From Candidatus Omnitrophota bacterium (GTDB taxonomy: Bacteria; Omnitrophota; Gorgyraeia; Gygaellales; Profunditerraquicolaceae): a stretch of DNA of 64,000 bases. Shown here piece by piece: positions 13,601-28,199 of the stretch. The stretch's first letter is position 1, and every line of letters begins with the position of its first letter. Under the pieces are notes generated by a model, which did no database searches, was not told the DNA's origin, and saw nothing but the letters and a program-made list of their open reading frames with translations. A program made the translations under genes and the position numbers. The stretch spans positions 765,617 through 829,616 of the forward strand of contig JBAZKL010000001.1 in NCBI GenBank assembly GCA_041650835.1. The letters run 5' to 3'.

Positions 13601-15499
13601 CTTCCCGCTGCTCGCTCAGCGCGGAAGAACCCGGCTTTATCGCTAAAGCCTCTTTGCGTATACATAAAAAGGGAACGCCATCAAGGGCAAGCTCAACTAC
13701 CGGTATTTCAGCCTGATAAACAGTACTCCTTAAAATCGAAATGATCTCTATCATCTCTTCCAAAGGCCTTACTAAATCATGAGATCCTCTCACCCCTAAT
13801 TTCATGATAAGGAATAAGCTTTCAAACATCGTCCCTAAATCAACTTCCTGATAGGGATCCCCGCAAGAAAACGTATGAAAGATGACCCGCACGGCAATAT
13901 CGGGGGCCTTATACCGCAACTCACTGATCGTTTGTGCGCTCATTTTCATAAAAGCGCAAAAATCGTCATATTCGGACCGCTCCAATACCGCATGAGATAC
14001 CAGTCTTTCCTTAAAATCCCTTATTTCATTTATCCAGGAACCGCAAAGAGTATCGAGCATCCTTTGCTTACGTTCATCCAAAGCAATCTCTTTTATATCC
14101 AGCGGGCTTGCCGCCGTTTTATCAAAGACACAATCATTCAAACGCCGCAGTTGCTCATACGAAGCTTTTTCCTGGCTGGCATATAACGCCTGCTCCTCAA
14201 GAGATAATCCCTGTAAAATAGCATTCATTACCTCCCCGGGGGTATTCTTTATATACAGAGAAGTCTTCGGATAAGGGGCATTTGCCTGAAAAGCAGGAGG
14301 GGCTTTTGTCTTAAAATATAATTCGATATGGGTAAACCACTTTTCATAGAATCTCCTTTGTTTCATCGGAAGTAAACGGTTCTTGCGGGCGGATAAATAA
14401 GTAAAAATGTCTTCTCCCCGATACGTCATGACGAGCAGCACTAAAATATCCTGCTGCAGCCTGATCTCCGGGATCACGCGTTTCTTTTGCAGATACGGGA
14501 TGATCACAAATCTTTGTAATTCACGCTGCAGCCTGACCAGGGTATTTATTTCCTCCGGATTGTGAAATCCGATAATGATACTCCCGGTAAAAGCAAGCAT
14601 CTGCTGCTTCTTGAGATTTTCCAGTTCATACTTATACCCCACCGCTTCCTTCACGACGTAATTGCCCAGCTTTTCATGGGAGAATTTCACGAAATATTTA
14701 ACAATGTCCCTGACGCCGCGCACTAAAAACAAGCCCAATTCCTGGACTTTCATCTGAACATAAGAAGTCAAGCTCCCGCCCAAGGTAATTCTTCCCGAAT
14801 AATCCAAGGGGCCGATATATATTCTATCCGCGCAAAAAACAGCCAGGCCGCCGTTAAAACAATCCGAGTGATCCGGGCCCGCATGATCGCTCTTTGCTGT
14901 TTTGAGCCCGCGCAAAGCAATATAACCATTCAAAAGCTGCAATTCAAAAGTCTTAATACTGCCGGGTAATCCTCCTAAGCCCTCTAAGGGAAGCTCTTTA
15001 AGTATTGATTCCTGATCTTTATTATCGGCGATCAAGGCAAATACGCCTAAATTCCCGGTTTTTTTACCGCGCAAATGGCCGTAACCGTAGCCGCGGGAAT
15101 CCGGGTTCAATAATACCGCATCTTCATCGTGCATCAACGCGTCCAGGAATTGTTCCGCGGGAATATTTAAATCCAAATGCTCAAGGGCTTTTAAGAAACA
15201 CATCCCATTGCCTCTGCCCTTATTCGAAACGACAAATACCGGGACATCTTTTCTCCACAAAATGCCTTTTGATGCCTGGAGATAACGGCTCAAAACTTGC
15301 GCGTTTTTCCGGTTATCGCCGGTCATAATAAAGATCATGTCCGCTGACGGATCTGCTCCATTGATCTCAATATCTAACGTATCATTGATCCGGCGATAGC
15401 TTTCACAAAGCATTTCCTCCTGGGGCACCTCATCGAGTAAAGAGCCCTGGCGGGCGAGCGATCTTAATTTTCGTTCTAATATATCCAACCGTTTCAATC

Positions 15500-17050
15500 T
15501 TGAGAGATAATAAATATCGAGCTTCATCGCCAGGAGATAGACTGCCCAGGTCAATAAAACAGGAGAAAACGCGATCATGATCGGCTTTGAGAAACTTATA
15601 AAATCAAGCTGCTCCGGGCGGGCCTGCATCATTAAATACACAAGCCAGCTAAATGACATGGTAGTAGACAACCTGCGCAGCATGCTAAAAAGCCCCCACC
15701 ATATTTCAATACCCAACTCCGATTTCCTCCAGCCGGAGAAAATATATTTAAGGTACCTCTCTAATTTTTCCTTGATCTGAGGCTTGTCATATAAACCAGC
15801 GACCAGGGTATTGCCCAAAGGCAGCAGTTTTTCAACGACCAATTGCCTGAGTTTTGACCTACTCGTCCAGCCTTCTCTGGTGAGCCCGAAGAGCGTGCGC
15901 GGCGCTGAAAGGATAGCGGTTATCTCCCAAAAACTACTCGGCGGGCGCATATATCCTGATACTTTCTGGCAATTATTGCTCTCATGCATACTATAGCTGT
16001 ATATTAAGGAATACCGGGCTATGCGGATTATCTCAACGCATTTGACAAAAACGCTTTTTCTTAAATTCTCTGAAACCGCGCCATTCTTGAGCATGCGGTA
16101 AAGTTTATACGAAACTTGCCTGGCAGCTTCTCCCATTGCCCCATGGATCTTAGCCATTGATTCCCGTGCCGGCTTATCCATATTCACATAGAAAGGCGTT
16201 ATCTGATTGATCTGGAACGCCGGATTTAAGATGCCGTCGAGGTCGCCTTCATCAGTGAGGCGCTCGGCATTGAAAACGTTTTCACAATTGAGCAATAAAG
16301 GAGCGAGCGTTTCCTGAATGGTCCTGTTCTCCGCCCTTAAGCCCACATCCGTCATGGCTTCGATCTCGGTCGAGCTAAACTCCTTGCTCCTGCTTTTTGA
16401 CCAGCGTTTATAGATCACAAAATACGCGTAGGCGATCCCTAAGGCGCAGGCGATAAAAGAATACTGCTGCTGAACAAATCCCATCAACGCCGGGAAAAGA
16501 TTACGGAAAGCTTCCAGGTAATAGTATTCTTCGTCGGAAATAACGGCAAAGACAAGCGAAGGAAGACAAAGCAAAGCGGCAGCGAAAGAGAGAACGCGGG
16601 CATTAAATACCGCAAGCGGCGAAGCTGCAGCTTTAGCCCCATGCCCCATGACATCAGCGCCAACAAAAGGGTTATCCGAGAAGCTAAAAACATAAAGGCT
16701 CCTCTCCTCATCAAGCGTTACGGTTGAATTGTTATTTATTCTTTTCTCCCGCAAAGGCCTGTTGACGGACCTGGCGAATCGCAGCAAGTACTCTTTTTCC
16801 TCAAGCCCCAGATCAAACAAGAAATAACTGTCCAAAGCCGCTACCCTGAATATTTCAGCATACAAGCCTTCTATATCTTTTTCCAGAAATCCATAGGTTG
16901 CCCATGAAAGCAGGAAAGCTAATTTCACGCTTTTATCTTTCAAAGGGATACCTCCGAATTTCATTCTGGCATCTCCCAGGATAAACCTTATCTGATCAGC
17001 GCTTAAGCCGTTCTCTTTCGCGCGTAAAACAGCTTTTAAGATATTTTCCC
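15500..17050 (-). CDS. Polytopic membrane protein, family not recognised.
   Basis: Reverse translation of 16440-16700 gives ...VMGHGAKAAASPLAVFNARVLSFAAALLCLPSLVFAVISDEEYYYLEAFRNLFPALMGFVQQQYSFIACAL, consecutive hydrophobic helices. The listed minus ORF 16484-16714 is the out-of-frame shadow of this region. Confidence 0.3.
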
Positions 17051-20000
17051 CCCATTTATCCTGTCCTATAAGGAGCATATTTTTACTTTGAATGGTAGTA
17101 CGGACAAAGCTGCTGAACCAGTCAATAGTCACCCTTGATTCTCCGCACAGGGCATCAAGAATGATAAGTTCTCCATTTCCCCTGCACGCATATTCTCTTA
17201 ACGCTCTTTCTATGATTTCCTGGAATAAGATTGTCTTATACCACAAGAATTCCCCTTGCCAGGAATATCCGCGGACCCCTCTTGAAGGGCAGTCATATTC
17301 CATGTATCGAGGCCGGATAACGCCGTATTCCTTTAACAGGAGATCGACCACCGCAGGAGCAACGCCAACAAGCATAAAAACTGAAAGCAACAAATATTCA
17401 TCTTCTTCGCTCAATGAGGGGATATTCCGGTCGAATATCCGCCGTAAGAGCGCAATGATACTTTTTTCCCGGGTCTTGATATCTTTAAAATTGTGCAAAT
17501 AGCTCTTAAGATTAAAATAATTATTTATAAGAGCGTCCCTATCAATATGAGCGCCTGGCGTTAACTCCGCGAAATCTAAAAGCGCTTCAAGTAGCGCGTC
17601 AATTTCAGCCGGCCTGCCCGGCACCAGAGGAGAAGCGGCAAATTGGCGGATCTTTTCCCGTGCCGGGTTGAGCCGGGAAAAGAATAAATCACGATCTCCA
17701 TACCGGCCATCCATACTGAGCAGATTGTTTCCACTATCAGCGAATCCGTAACCCTTCCCGAATATCCATTTCAGGATAGTCCACGCTTTCGGGCCGCAAG
17801 GGACAACGTGGAATTTATCCACACCTGCCAGCAGTAATTCAACTAACACAATATTAATAAGCAGATAATGAAGGTCGCGGTCCCGATACTGCGGCTGGAT
17901 CTCTAAACCCTGCATAAAGGATTCCCGGTTTTCCGCTAAAACCATCGCTTCGATCTTGCCGATCAGCTCATTGGTAGTATCATCGAGAAGCTTAAACTGC
18001 TTTTTCGAGAACATCTCTTCGCGCAGGGCGGTAATATTGCTTATTTCAAGGCGGGCATAGCTCAATACATTTTTATCCTTCAAAACAACTGCCTGCGCTA
18101 ACGCAATGACGCCTCCGGCTCCCTCTGAAAGATCACCGGAAAGATCTTTCTTCAACCAATAGTAATCATTCCCTAATAAGCGGCCTGCCGTTACGGGAGT
18201 TTCGCTCACCGCGGAAGACGACACTTTCTTTGCTATTTCCGTCATCTGAGCGTCTGAAATAGCCGCTGTTTCTTTTTCAATAACACCTTCGGTTTTAAGG
18301 ACCTCGAGGATCCGGCTTTCTTCAACCCGAACGTAAACATACCCGGGAAATACCGCGACATCGTATGGCTCAACCTTTCTGTCTTTTCTCTTGGAATGCT
18401 TTTTCCGTAACGGCAGGTACACTTCAAAACCCTTCCTGCGTAAGCGCTCGGCAACAACCCTCTCGCTTTTGGTATTTACGCGCACCATGAGCCACTGTAG
18501 GCCGGATTGCGGCGAGCTGCACCTTAATGCGTTGACAGCTTCACGTAACGGCCTGTCAAAAAGAATACCCGGAAACATTAACTCGGATTTAACATGAATG
18601 GAAAAATAATCTCCCAAGGCAGCAGCTGTCCCCTTTACACAACCAAAATTGCTTCCAGGGAAACCGAACTCACCGATAAGGTCGATCTGACGCACCCCTA
18701 ACAGATCATGCAGACAATATATCAAAGCCCTCCAACCCACAAGATCACTGCTCCCCGCTCTCCTCACACGCAAGAGATGAGGCTGAGGGCCTATATTATT
18801 GGTCGAAACTACTACAAAGCCCGGTTTAAGCCCTCCGGCATACGGCTGCATACCGATATCGTCCTCCTGTGAATGGCCAATGGCTAGAAAAACAGTATCG
18901 CTAAGGTTTGAAAGATAATTACTGACCCGCGAAGCATACTCCCGGCATAAAATATTAACGGTATCGATGAAAATACCCTTTTGTTTAAAAGTGATCCTTC
19001 CTTTTTCCCAAGCCTCATACAATTCTTCGTCGTATCCATAGATAATATCCGCAGGATGGCGCTGTGAAAAACCGGGATGAAGCCAATATACGATCCGGCC
19101 GCCGAGGGTCGCTATTTTTTCTTTCTGAATATCCGGCTGTTCTATTAAATCGCTCAAGAACTTACCTCCTAATAATTTAACCATGCCCATACCATAACTG
19201 TCCGTTAATACCGGCTGTGTAATAATAGGAGAGGCAGTTAAAGCAAAATTGATCCCCGGGATAACCAGGTCTTTCGGCACTTCCGCCGGCAGCCCTGAGC
19301 GCAACAAGTTTATTTCGATCATTTTTCTCTTGAGCTTCTCCGCCAGATCGCGCGGCCCATCAACTAATATTCCCGCGATGCCCAGACGGCCAGCGCTATA
19401 CAGGTCAAACTCTTTGCGGTCACCGACAGAAATAACATGACGATTATGCTCGCCTGTGACCTTTTTAAAACGCTCGCATATTATCTGGAACATCAAGGTA
19501 TCCGGCTTGCCCTTTCCCGCCTCCTGCTGAGTTATAACAAAATCCATATACCCTTTTAACCGTAAACGCTCAAGGATTTTATCGGTCAGGATCAGCCCAT
19601 TATTGGTGGCGACGGCCAGATAACATCCTTGTTGACGCAGGTCACCGAAGAGGTTCCACAATACCGAGGAAGACTTCAGTTCCTTCATATCGGCATTCGT
19701 CGCGATATAATAGTAATATTCATCCAGAGACAGCCCCAAAGATCTCAACGCCGCCGTCATACTGCCGTCATTATTTTTCCTGCGGCCTCCCAGCTCCGCC
19801 AGAGTTATTCCGAAAGAAGCAGCAAACGAATGGCTCAAGCGCACGATAGAACGCGTCAACGCAGGGCAACAGTAGAGCGTCTGGTCCATATCTAAAATAC
19901 ACAGCCGTATACTCAGGGATGAAGACGCGATATTCCCGGCCGCCGTAACAATACTATCGGCAATCGGGACTAGCATTCCCATATCCACATCCAGGTGGCC

Positions 20001-20609
20001 GAAGATATAGCGGGCGGCCTTGATTAATTCCTTATCTTCAACGGTTAGGCCATTTTTTTGAAGACCGGCCCGGTATTGTTGTATATAGGCGCTGACAGCT
20101 GCGGGATAATCATAATTCTTATTCTCTTCCATTGAAGCGACCGCGGATAAAAACGCTTTCAGCACAAGCATAAAATCATATTCATCATACGCGTTATAAA
20201 GCGATATTAACCATCCCCAAAGAGAAATCAGTTTACGAGTCTCAAAACCATTGCCAGAAACATTGCTCCTTAATTCACTGCTGATCAATTGGTATAAATC
20301 ATCCTTAATCCCTTCCCTCCTGCCTATAGCGCTCTCGAACATCTCAAGGCGGCAGGCGGAAAGATACTCAAGCGACGAGGAAGAAGATGTCTTCAATAAA
20401 CCGGCTTGGATCTCTCTGATCCAGGAAGCCGCGCCGGTAGCTCGGAGCAGGTCATTAATCGCTTCCCGGCCGGTCAAAACAGCTTGCTCATCACCGTATT
20501 GTTCGCCGCAGACAAGCCCTGCTTCTGTAATATAACTATGGGCGTAAATAGATTTTGCATGGTAGAACTCAAGGCTCTGACCGCAGATAATAGAACCCAC
20601 AGGCCTGCG

Positions 20610-21075
20610 CAGGTCTAAAAGCTTTTCCCGGTCGCCTCCGCACGGGAAGCGATAAAGAATATTAAAGTCATGCCTGTCCCAGCCCGGGTGTGAATGCGTT
20701 TCAAAAACGATCCTGCCTGCTTCCAAGACAAAACGGTCATAGCGGGGTGTGATAGACAAAAAGTCCCTGCCGAATATCGCGTCGATACCGTCACTTTCAA
20801 TGGTCTGTTTTAAAAACGCTTCAGCCTGATAATCACCATAGTTTTTCTTACCGTTGAAGAATCTGAATGTCCGCGGAGCGATGATATCGTTTACCAAAAC
20901 CATATCTTTGCCGGCGGATACCTCCCCTACGCCTAAAGACGCTATTTCAAAATCGCGGTAGCACTCTCCAATAGCAATGATCTGTAAGATTTCCAGTTTC
21001 TTATGGGCTTCCTGGTTGAAAAACACATAAGAATCGCCTAATCCCGGCCATCCTGCTTTTATAGTTACCGCCATG
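20610..21075 (-). CDS. Uncharacterised protein N-terminus. Start ATG at 21072-21074; the gene continues below 20610.
   Basis: Reverse translation gives MAVTIKAGWPGLGDSYVFFNQEAHKKLEILQIIAIGECYRDFEIASLGVGEVSAGKDMVLVNDII... It follows a stop at about 21155-21157 that ends the upstream gene. Confidence 0.3.
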
Positions 21076-21157
21076 GTAATCGGTGAAAAAAGCGATGCCG
21101 GCGCCGCTCCCCGATGGGCATTAAAAAACTGTTCAAAGGGATATACCGGACTTAATT

Positions 21158-23100
21158 TACTGGCCAGTTCTGAGGGGACTCTCGATGATTGAGTGATGCA
21201 AGAAGAAGCCCCAACGGCGACCCGATTGACAGGCAATACCTTCAATTGCCTTCCTGCGAATAAATCAACAAGCTCCAATTCAGCCAGTTTCTCACCTGCT
21301 TTCAACCGCTCAAGCAATACCTTCTGTTCTTCGTTCAAGGCCTCTGCCAGTTGACCGAGTATCCTGACATCAGCTTTTCTTCCCACATGCCTGATATAGA
21401 AAGAAGCGGCATAGCCAAACGATGTATATCCGGCAAAATCATGGTATGAAACCATCGCTTTTTCTTCATCACTCAAACCCAAACCGCAGTTCATCTTCTG
21501 CGTCATAGGCGTTACCAGGTCATTCCAAAGCCCGGGATGCTGCTTTTCAACAGGAAGTTGAGAGGATAAATACGCTTTCACCCTTTCTGCAAGCTGCTCT
21601 TCGTTAATTATCTGATGATACTCAACCTTTGCTCCCTCAAAAATGCCGACTCCCATGGCTTCCCAGATCAGAGGCAACCTCTCTAAATAAACATCCGCCC
21701 AAACAGCCGCTTTACCTTGCTTTTTATTAAGGATGTGGAACGCAAGGTATAAAGCGATGAGTCCTTCCCATTCTCTATTGATCAAGCCATAACCCTCTAT
21801 CGCGCGGCGCTCGCGGTCGACAAATACCTCTAAGCCGGTTTCAAATAAATACCAGGATAGATAACCCTGAGGGCCAAGGCGCTCCAGCCGAAGAAGGCCG
21901 GAATGAGGCAGCCGCGAGCCGGCCCAATAATAACCGCTCAAATTAAGGTTACGGCAATTAAGTTCTAACTCCAATCTTAAAAGCACCTCTGAAGGCGTCA
22001 AGGTATCTATCGCGGAGCTTGCCGAATTATTTTTACCCCTGAGAGATACAGAATACGGCCTGTACACGGATGTAACCGCGCTTAAATTTATAGTTCCTAC
22101 CGGCCTCTGCCAACTCTCTATGAGAACCAACGCTCCCAGAGGAGAAGAACCTCTCTTCCCTGAGTATAAATACGTGTCTATTTCATTCAATCTGTTGATT
22201 ATAAGTACCGGCGTGCCCAATACGGCCCAATTAAACAACCGTGAAGCATCTTCTACCTGTTCGCGGATACAGCCGTGTGAGCCCCGGTACAGGCTATTTT
22301 CACGCTTCTCTAAAAGAGGAGCGGCGATCGTGCCTTGATGTAACCATATACGACTCCCATCTAATTGCAATCCCCAATACATCGGCGCGGGAAGCCCCTC
22401 AGGCGTATTATATGAACTTGATCTATGCCAGCGGTCAAAGCGGGTGATCCTGTGCCAGCCTAAGGGAGTACTTCCGGGATTTTCTCCGATACCTACCTGG
22501 AACGAACGCGCGAGTTTTCCCCGCGAATACATTCCCAGGAAAGAAACCGGGAACGGAAACCCTCTTCCTTCAACATTTTTATGGTAAATAAATTTCACGA
22601 TAAGGACAAATTTCTGATGGCTTTTTATTTTATTAATGACCCGGGGCAACGGAGTGTAGTGCAGATAATCCGGGATATACGCGGGGACGACGAGCGGCTT
22701 TCTTCCGAGGCGTTCAGATACAAAACGCCAATCAATGCCGCAGAGCCTGCCGATGACCCTGGAAGATTCATCAATATTTAAGTTGCCTTTTCTCCGGCTG
22801 ATATCCTGAAGAGTAAAGATACCTGATTGCAAACCTGATTTCTGGCGGGTTAAAACCTCTGTTTTGACTTGAGCGGGCTTAGCTTCGGCAGGTACAATAA
22901 CCTGATACGGAGGAATAAGAATATTTCGAATATACGCCGGAGGAGCGCATGCGTTTAAAAAGCTTAGAATAAAAACAAGAATATAAGGTAAATACCCCCG
23001 CTCAAGAATAGTGTCTGATTTTTCAAGACGTGATGATGCAACGACTTTTCCACAGCTGTAGGTACCCTTTAAGCCTCCCCTATGGTTATGGATAACTACT
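21158..23100 (-). CDS. L,D-transpeptidase (YkuD-domain) protein with a long C-terminal extension.
   Basis: Reverse translation around 22274-22295 gives SLYRGSHGCIREQVEDASRLF. SHGCIR is the YkuD catalytic motif. Translation ends ...RVPFRTGQ with a TAA at about 21155. Confidence 0.4.
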
Positions 23101-23900
23101 CTATTTTCCGGCCCGAGCGGCGGGAAAGTATTGCCGTCAAACCGGCCGGAGAGCTTATGCATTGATAATAAAGCAGTGACGCTATCCTCAAGATCTTCCC
23201 GAGAAGTATCATTATGTATGACTATATCTGAAAACGAAACGTATGTCTCTATCCCAGGCAAAGAAGCACTGACATCTTGGAGCCACTGCCTGGTCTGCTC
23301 AGAAGACCATCCATATTGTTCAGCCTGTCTTTGTATAAGCCCTTTACATCTTTTCTTATCATTGCGCATAATAGACCAAACCGTATCCAGGGCAAGGCCA
23401 TGTTTGAGTTCAAAAAGCACTGATGATTCAATAAAAACATATCGCGCATTTTCTCTTAATGCATCGATGATCTTTTCATAGAGCCTTTCTTGTAAACCCG
23501 TACTTCTCAAAAAGTGATAAATCCTCGATGCCAGGTTATTCTTACGTAACAATAAAGCGACCCTACCTGCCGTAGAATTACTCAGGAAAGGAACATTCTT
23601 CCGCGCCATACTATCAATACGCAGCCCATCAACACTGATCGCATAGTATCCCTGCCTTTCCAGAAACTGAGCTACCGTTGTCTTACCGGCTCCCAGAGGA
23701 CCGGTGATACCAACAATTGTTGCGCCGCTTTGCTGTTTAAGGCAGCTTATCTGGCCCTTAAAAAATTCTGACCGGCGGGCGCTTAATAAACTGTTAACGA
23801 TACTGCGTCCCAGCGAATAACAGGTATTCAAAACGGGAGAACTTCCGGGCTCTCCGGAAAAACGTTTATCTTTCTCTTGCTCCTGCCTCATGATCAACCG
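23100..23900 (-). CDS. P-loop nucleotide/nucleoside kinase (dephospho-CoA kinase-like).
   Basis: Reverse translation of 23641-23720 gives ATIVGITGPLGAGKTTVAQFLERQGYYAISVDGL (Walker A GxxGxGKT). Confidence 0.4.
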
Positions 23901-25399
23901 GACAGCCAAAGAAGACGAAGCAGGCGTTGCATCGTTATCCTCCCCCGCATTCGCCGACATAAATAACTCCATCATTTGTTTCGGGCTTATCCCGTCGGCA
24001 ATATCCAGGCCGGGGACGATCACTCTGACAACGGGGAAATTCAATTCAGTCCTGGTCAAATCGATATAATAAGGACCATAACCATTCTCTACTAAAAGCC
24101 GCTCTATCACGCTCAGGTCACCTTTGACGTTTCCCGTCGAGTAATTAGGGAGCCCTGCTTCTTCGAGCAGTTGTATCGCCAAAGGGAACTCGCTTTTAAT
24201 ATTTTCTTCGCGTATACGATAGACGTGATGGAGCTTCACGTTCAATTCGCAGAGCGCCCTTAACAGGGCGATTCTTCCGTTCAAATGGCTGCCGCTTCCT
24301 CCCAGGATCCTCCCGTCATCGGTCTTAACAAACGCGCGGTATGCCGGCACTCCCAGCTCCGTAGTGATATCAAGGACCTGAATATGCATGTCCCTTTCGG
24401 CTGCCAGCTTCACTATTGCCCCTATCCTGCTTCCTTCCTGGGGCACAATGGTAAAACAGCGTTCAGGGGAATACAACAAGTTTGTATCTCCGTAGCGCTC
24501 GATCACCTCCAAGAGCCCGTACAACTTAGCTTCATTCATGGTATTGCCCGAGGCCATGCCGTTAGAGCTCATCGCGGAATACGAAATAACAGGCTCATCG
24601 AAATTAGTACAAAAGAAAGCGATCTGCGCCGGCACCAATACTTCTTCAAAACCGCCAGGGCTTAAACGCAAACCCTTAACCCAGGAGAGAGGCTGATCAT
24701 CATAGGGGATCTGCAAGTTCAACGTATTGGGATCTAATACCTTAAAACCTTTTTCTTCCAGGAAACTGCGTCTTCCCCAGGCGAACGTATGCACCTGGTT
24801 AAAGCCATCAGAGAAATTCCTTGAAGAACCGGCGGCCGCGCTGTAACACTCGATCATCTCCATAAAACCGGACACAGTCGATTCTTCTCTGGTCAACCCT
24901 CGGCCCGCGCTGGCCATCGTTGCCTTCAGGCGGTAATGCTGGCGCAGCTGCTTGACACGCAGGACCAACTGCCAGTGTATGCCAATAAAATACGTATTAT
25001 TAAAACCAAATCCTATGATCGGTTCATCGTTCAATAATCCCTCAAAATCCAAAGCCATGATCCGTTTGAGCGTTTCTTCAAGCGGCTTCTCTCTCAAAGA
25101 TATCCCTGTTTCAATATCTGCCTCCTCAACACAAGAGATTGTATCCTTGACGTGCACGGCATTACGTCTCCTTACTATTTCCGCGGCTAATAAATGCGGC
25201 ATGACCGGCAGTTCGGTCACACCAAGCTCCAAAAGCGTTTTATGCGTAAGCCGGCTCTGGCTGATCAAACGTTTGAGCTTCTTTTCCGCCAGCCCGACTT
25301 CCATCATGGTCATCGCCCGTATATTCGGGAGCGGATGCTTCCGGTACAGATCAAGGCACGACTCCACCCCGATCCTTTCAACTAATCCCTTCATAGCCT

Positions 25400-27300
25400 C
25401 CAGTATATAGTCGGCTTCCTTTGATTCAGCCAGTACGCCATAGAGTGACGGGAAGGGATCGGCAACGAATCTTCCCAACAATTCCTCCAGCACTTTGTGG
25501 CCTCCTTCTTCCACAAGCTGCTCTAAGTATTTGATCATAAATATATCGTTTGGATGCCGGCGCAGATGCATGATAACTTCGTCAAGGCTTAAAGGGACCT
25601 CCGGCTGCACAACATAATGCCCTCTGCCTTGCGCTAATGAATGGCTGCCTAACTCAGGCTTCTGGGTATAAACAATCGCTTCTTCATCGCGGCTCCCGAG
25701 AGCTTCCTTTGCCAAAGGCTGTTCCAAGATGACCTGCGGGCAGGTAACAGGATTCTCACTTGCCTGGTAAAATGCCTGCTTGAATAAAGCCAAGGCCGCT
25801 TCAAATGCCCTCAGGAAATCGTCCCTGAGATCATCGGCCTCGATTGCGCTGATCCGTAAGCGGTAGACCGGCTCCAAGAAAAAGGGAAGAAAAGCTTCCT
25901 GAGTGGAAATAACGCCTTTGGTGACAAAAGAAGCGCTTAACAGTTTACCGGAAAGCGTTTGTACATTCTGGATACGGTCGGCCATCTTGATCAGCTGGGC
26001 AATCAAACCCTCAACACCTTCAGCCTTAGCCAATTTTGCGAAATATCCTATCTCATCGATACTTCCGTTCTGCGCGCGCTTTGTCAACAAATCGACGATC
26101 GTATAGATCTGCCTGCCAAACTGAGCGAGGAGCTCTTCATCAGTGATATCCTTCTCTTCAAGGCTATCATGAAGGATAGCGGCAATGATAATAATATTTC
26201 TGATGTCACTTCTTACATTTGCGAGGCCGCAATCAACCATCAGCATTTTCACTATATCAAGGATATGAGAAAAATAGGGATTGACCCTGTCCTTACGCGA
26301 TTGGCTGGCATGATAATGAGCGACAACCATTAACGCTTTTCTTATTTCATCCCTTTCTTCCAGGCTAAAAACAATGCCGCAATCCTGCCCCATGTTACAA
26401 ATTATTTTGTCGATCAGATCGCGTCTTTCCAGAGTGTATTTCCCTTTCCCGATCCTTTGGTCCAGCCGGGCGAACAAATAATTAAAAGATATATCTTCCG
26501 GCAGTTCCACTTCAAAAAGAAACCGGGTTTGCGCTTCCGAAAAGCCTTCTATATCGCTGATCCGGGGAGTGAAGAATGCGTTGATATTGATCGCGTGCAT
26601 GGCTAAAAATCCGGTCACCTTAAGCAATGCCTCCACCCTATGGGGAATGCTGAATTCCAGGATCCACCTATTATTATTGCCGGTTCCCGGGCCACAGATC
26701 CCATTATGCGTGTCTTTTATCCGGCTAAGCGCATCTGTTATGCTCGATTCATCTTCAGCTGTTTTGGTCACAACTCCCAAATTGAAAACATGCGGAGAGA
26801 GATGCTGTTTCCATTCAATAAAATAAAATTCTCCCTTATTGCGGATTGCCGCCAATATATCATTGAGCAATCCGGGACGGTTATGCAGGAACTTCAGGCT
26901 AAAATCCTGCAGCCGTAAACCGCCTGCTTCTTTAACCTCTGAAATCGAATCAAGACAGACATGTAGTGATTCAGCCTCTAACCCGGACGATGAAACTACG
27001 CTATATATAGGTAAAGGCATTGGGCTGGAAGCAACCCATAAATAAGGTGTTTTATAAAGTCTTTCGTAACGCCTGATAAAACCCCAAACTTCATCGTTGG
27101 TATAAACCAATGACTGGCGCAAAAAGAGATGCTTGAAAAATACCACCCCTTGCGGCAACGGATCGCGAATACGAAGTACCCGGTCAGTTCCCGCAATATA
27201 GCGGCACGCAACAAACCAGATTAAACCGCTCCCCACTGAAGACATCACCGGATTACCTCTAAATTGATTCCAGGGAGCAGTTTCAACGAAATCAACATTA
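25400..27300 (-). CDS. Second ACT + RelA/SpoT-type HD domain protein, paralog of the 7200-9850 protein.
   Basis: Reverse strand of 26078-26186 encodes IIIIAAILHDSLEEKDITDEELLAQFGRQIYTIVDLLTKR...LIKMADRIQNVQTL. Upstream is an ACT-like FLAMHAININAFFTPRISDIEGFSEAQTRFLFEVELPED. Confidence 0.45.
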
Positions 27301-28199
27301 ACACTCTTAGGATAAATAACAATACTCAGCGCGCCCTGGAGTTGCTCCTCTCCAGACAGCAAATGCCTGTTCTTTAAGAATGGGAACCTGTCGTATAACA
27401 AAGTATCAAACTTTTTAATCTCAGTGCGCATAACAAAAGTCTTCTCCCTCACCGAGACGTGCCGTAATAACGACTGCACTTGTTTCTCATGGAATAATCT
27501 GAGTTTTCCTAAGGAAACCCAGAAAGGATGATACCAATCCTGGAACAATAAAAGATGCCGGTTGTGCAAATCTTCGATTTTTCCCTGCACCTGCTCCTCA
27601 ACCTCATGAAACATGACCGGGACACCAGCAAGAACCCTCACCGCCTGCGCGTCTTGGGCCATAGGATGCTCCATAGGAGAACTGCCCCTGCTCTCCGCTG
27701 CCCGCGCGTGGATCTGTATATCCCAAACAAGCCCCTGATGATTTTGTTTCTTAACAAATACTACCCGCGCTTTTTCGTCATACTTACGCATCATGCGCAG
27801 CAGCTGCGTATTATTTACCTGGTGCGCGGCATCCAACGACAGGCCCGATTTTCTTAAGAAGAACTGCAGAGCCTCGATCAGATCATCGATTACTTTTTGC
27901 TTCTTCTGATCCATTGCCTTATCATCATGCGATAATTCATACAATTTATCCAGGCTCACGACTTTCCTGCCGAAGGTAAAGGCATGGGCATAAGATAACG
28001 GCCAAACGAGTAACGCCTTACGTTGACGGTAATCACGCATCATTTCTTTCAAGAAGCTCCCCAAAGAAAAAAGCATTTCCTCATTCCGCCTTACTTCTGA
28101 AAGGACAGCCCTTCCCCGGGTATGCTCACCGGCAAAAGCAAATAAACGCTCTAAAACAAAGGTGCCGATACCCTTATTCTTCAAATACTGATGCCGGTG

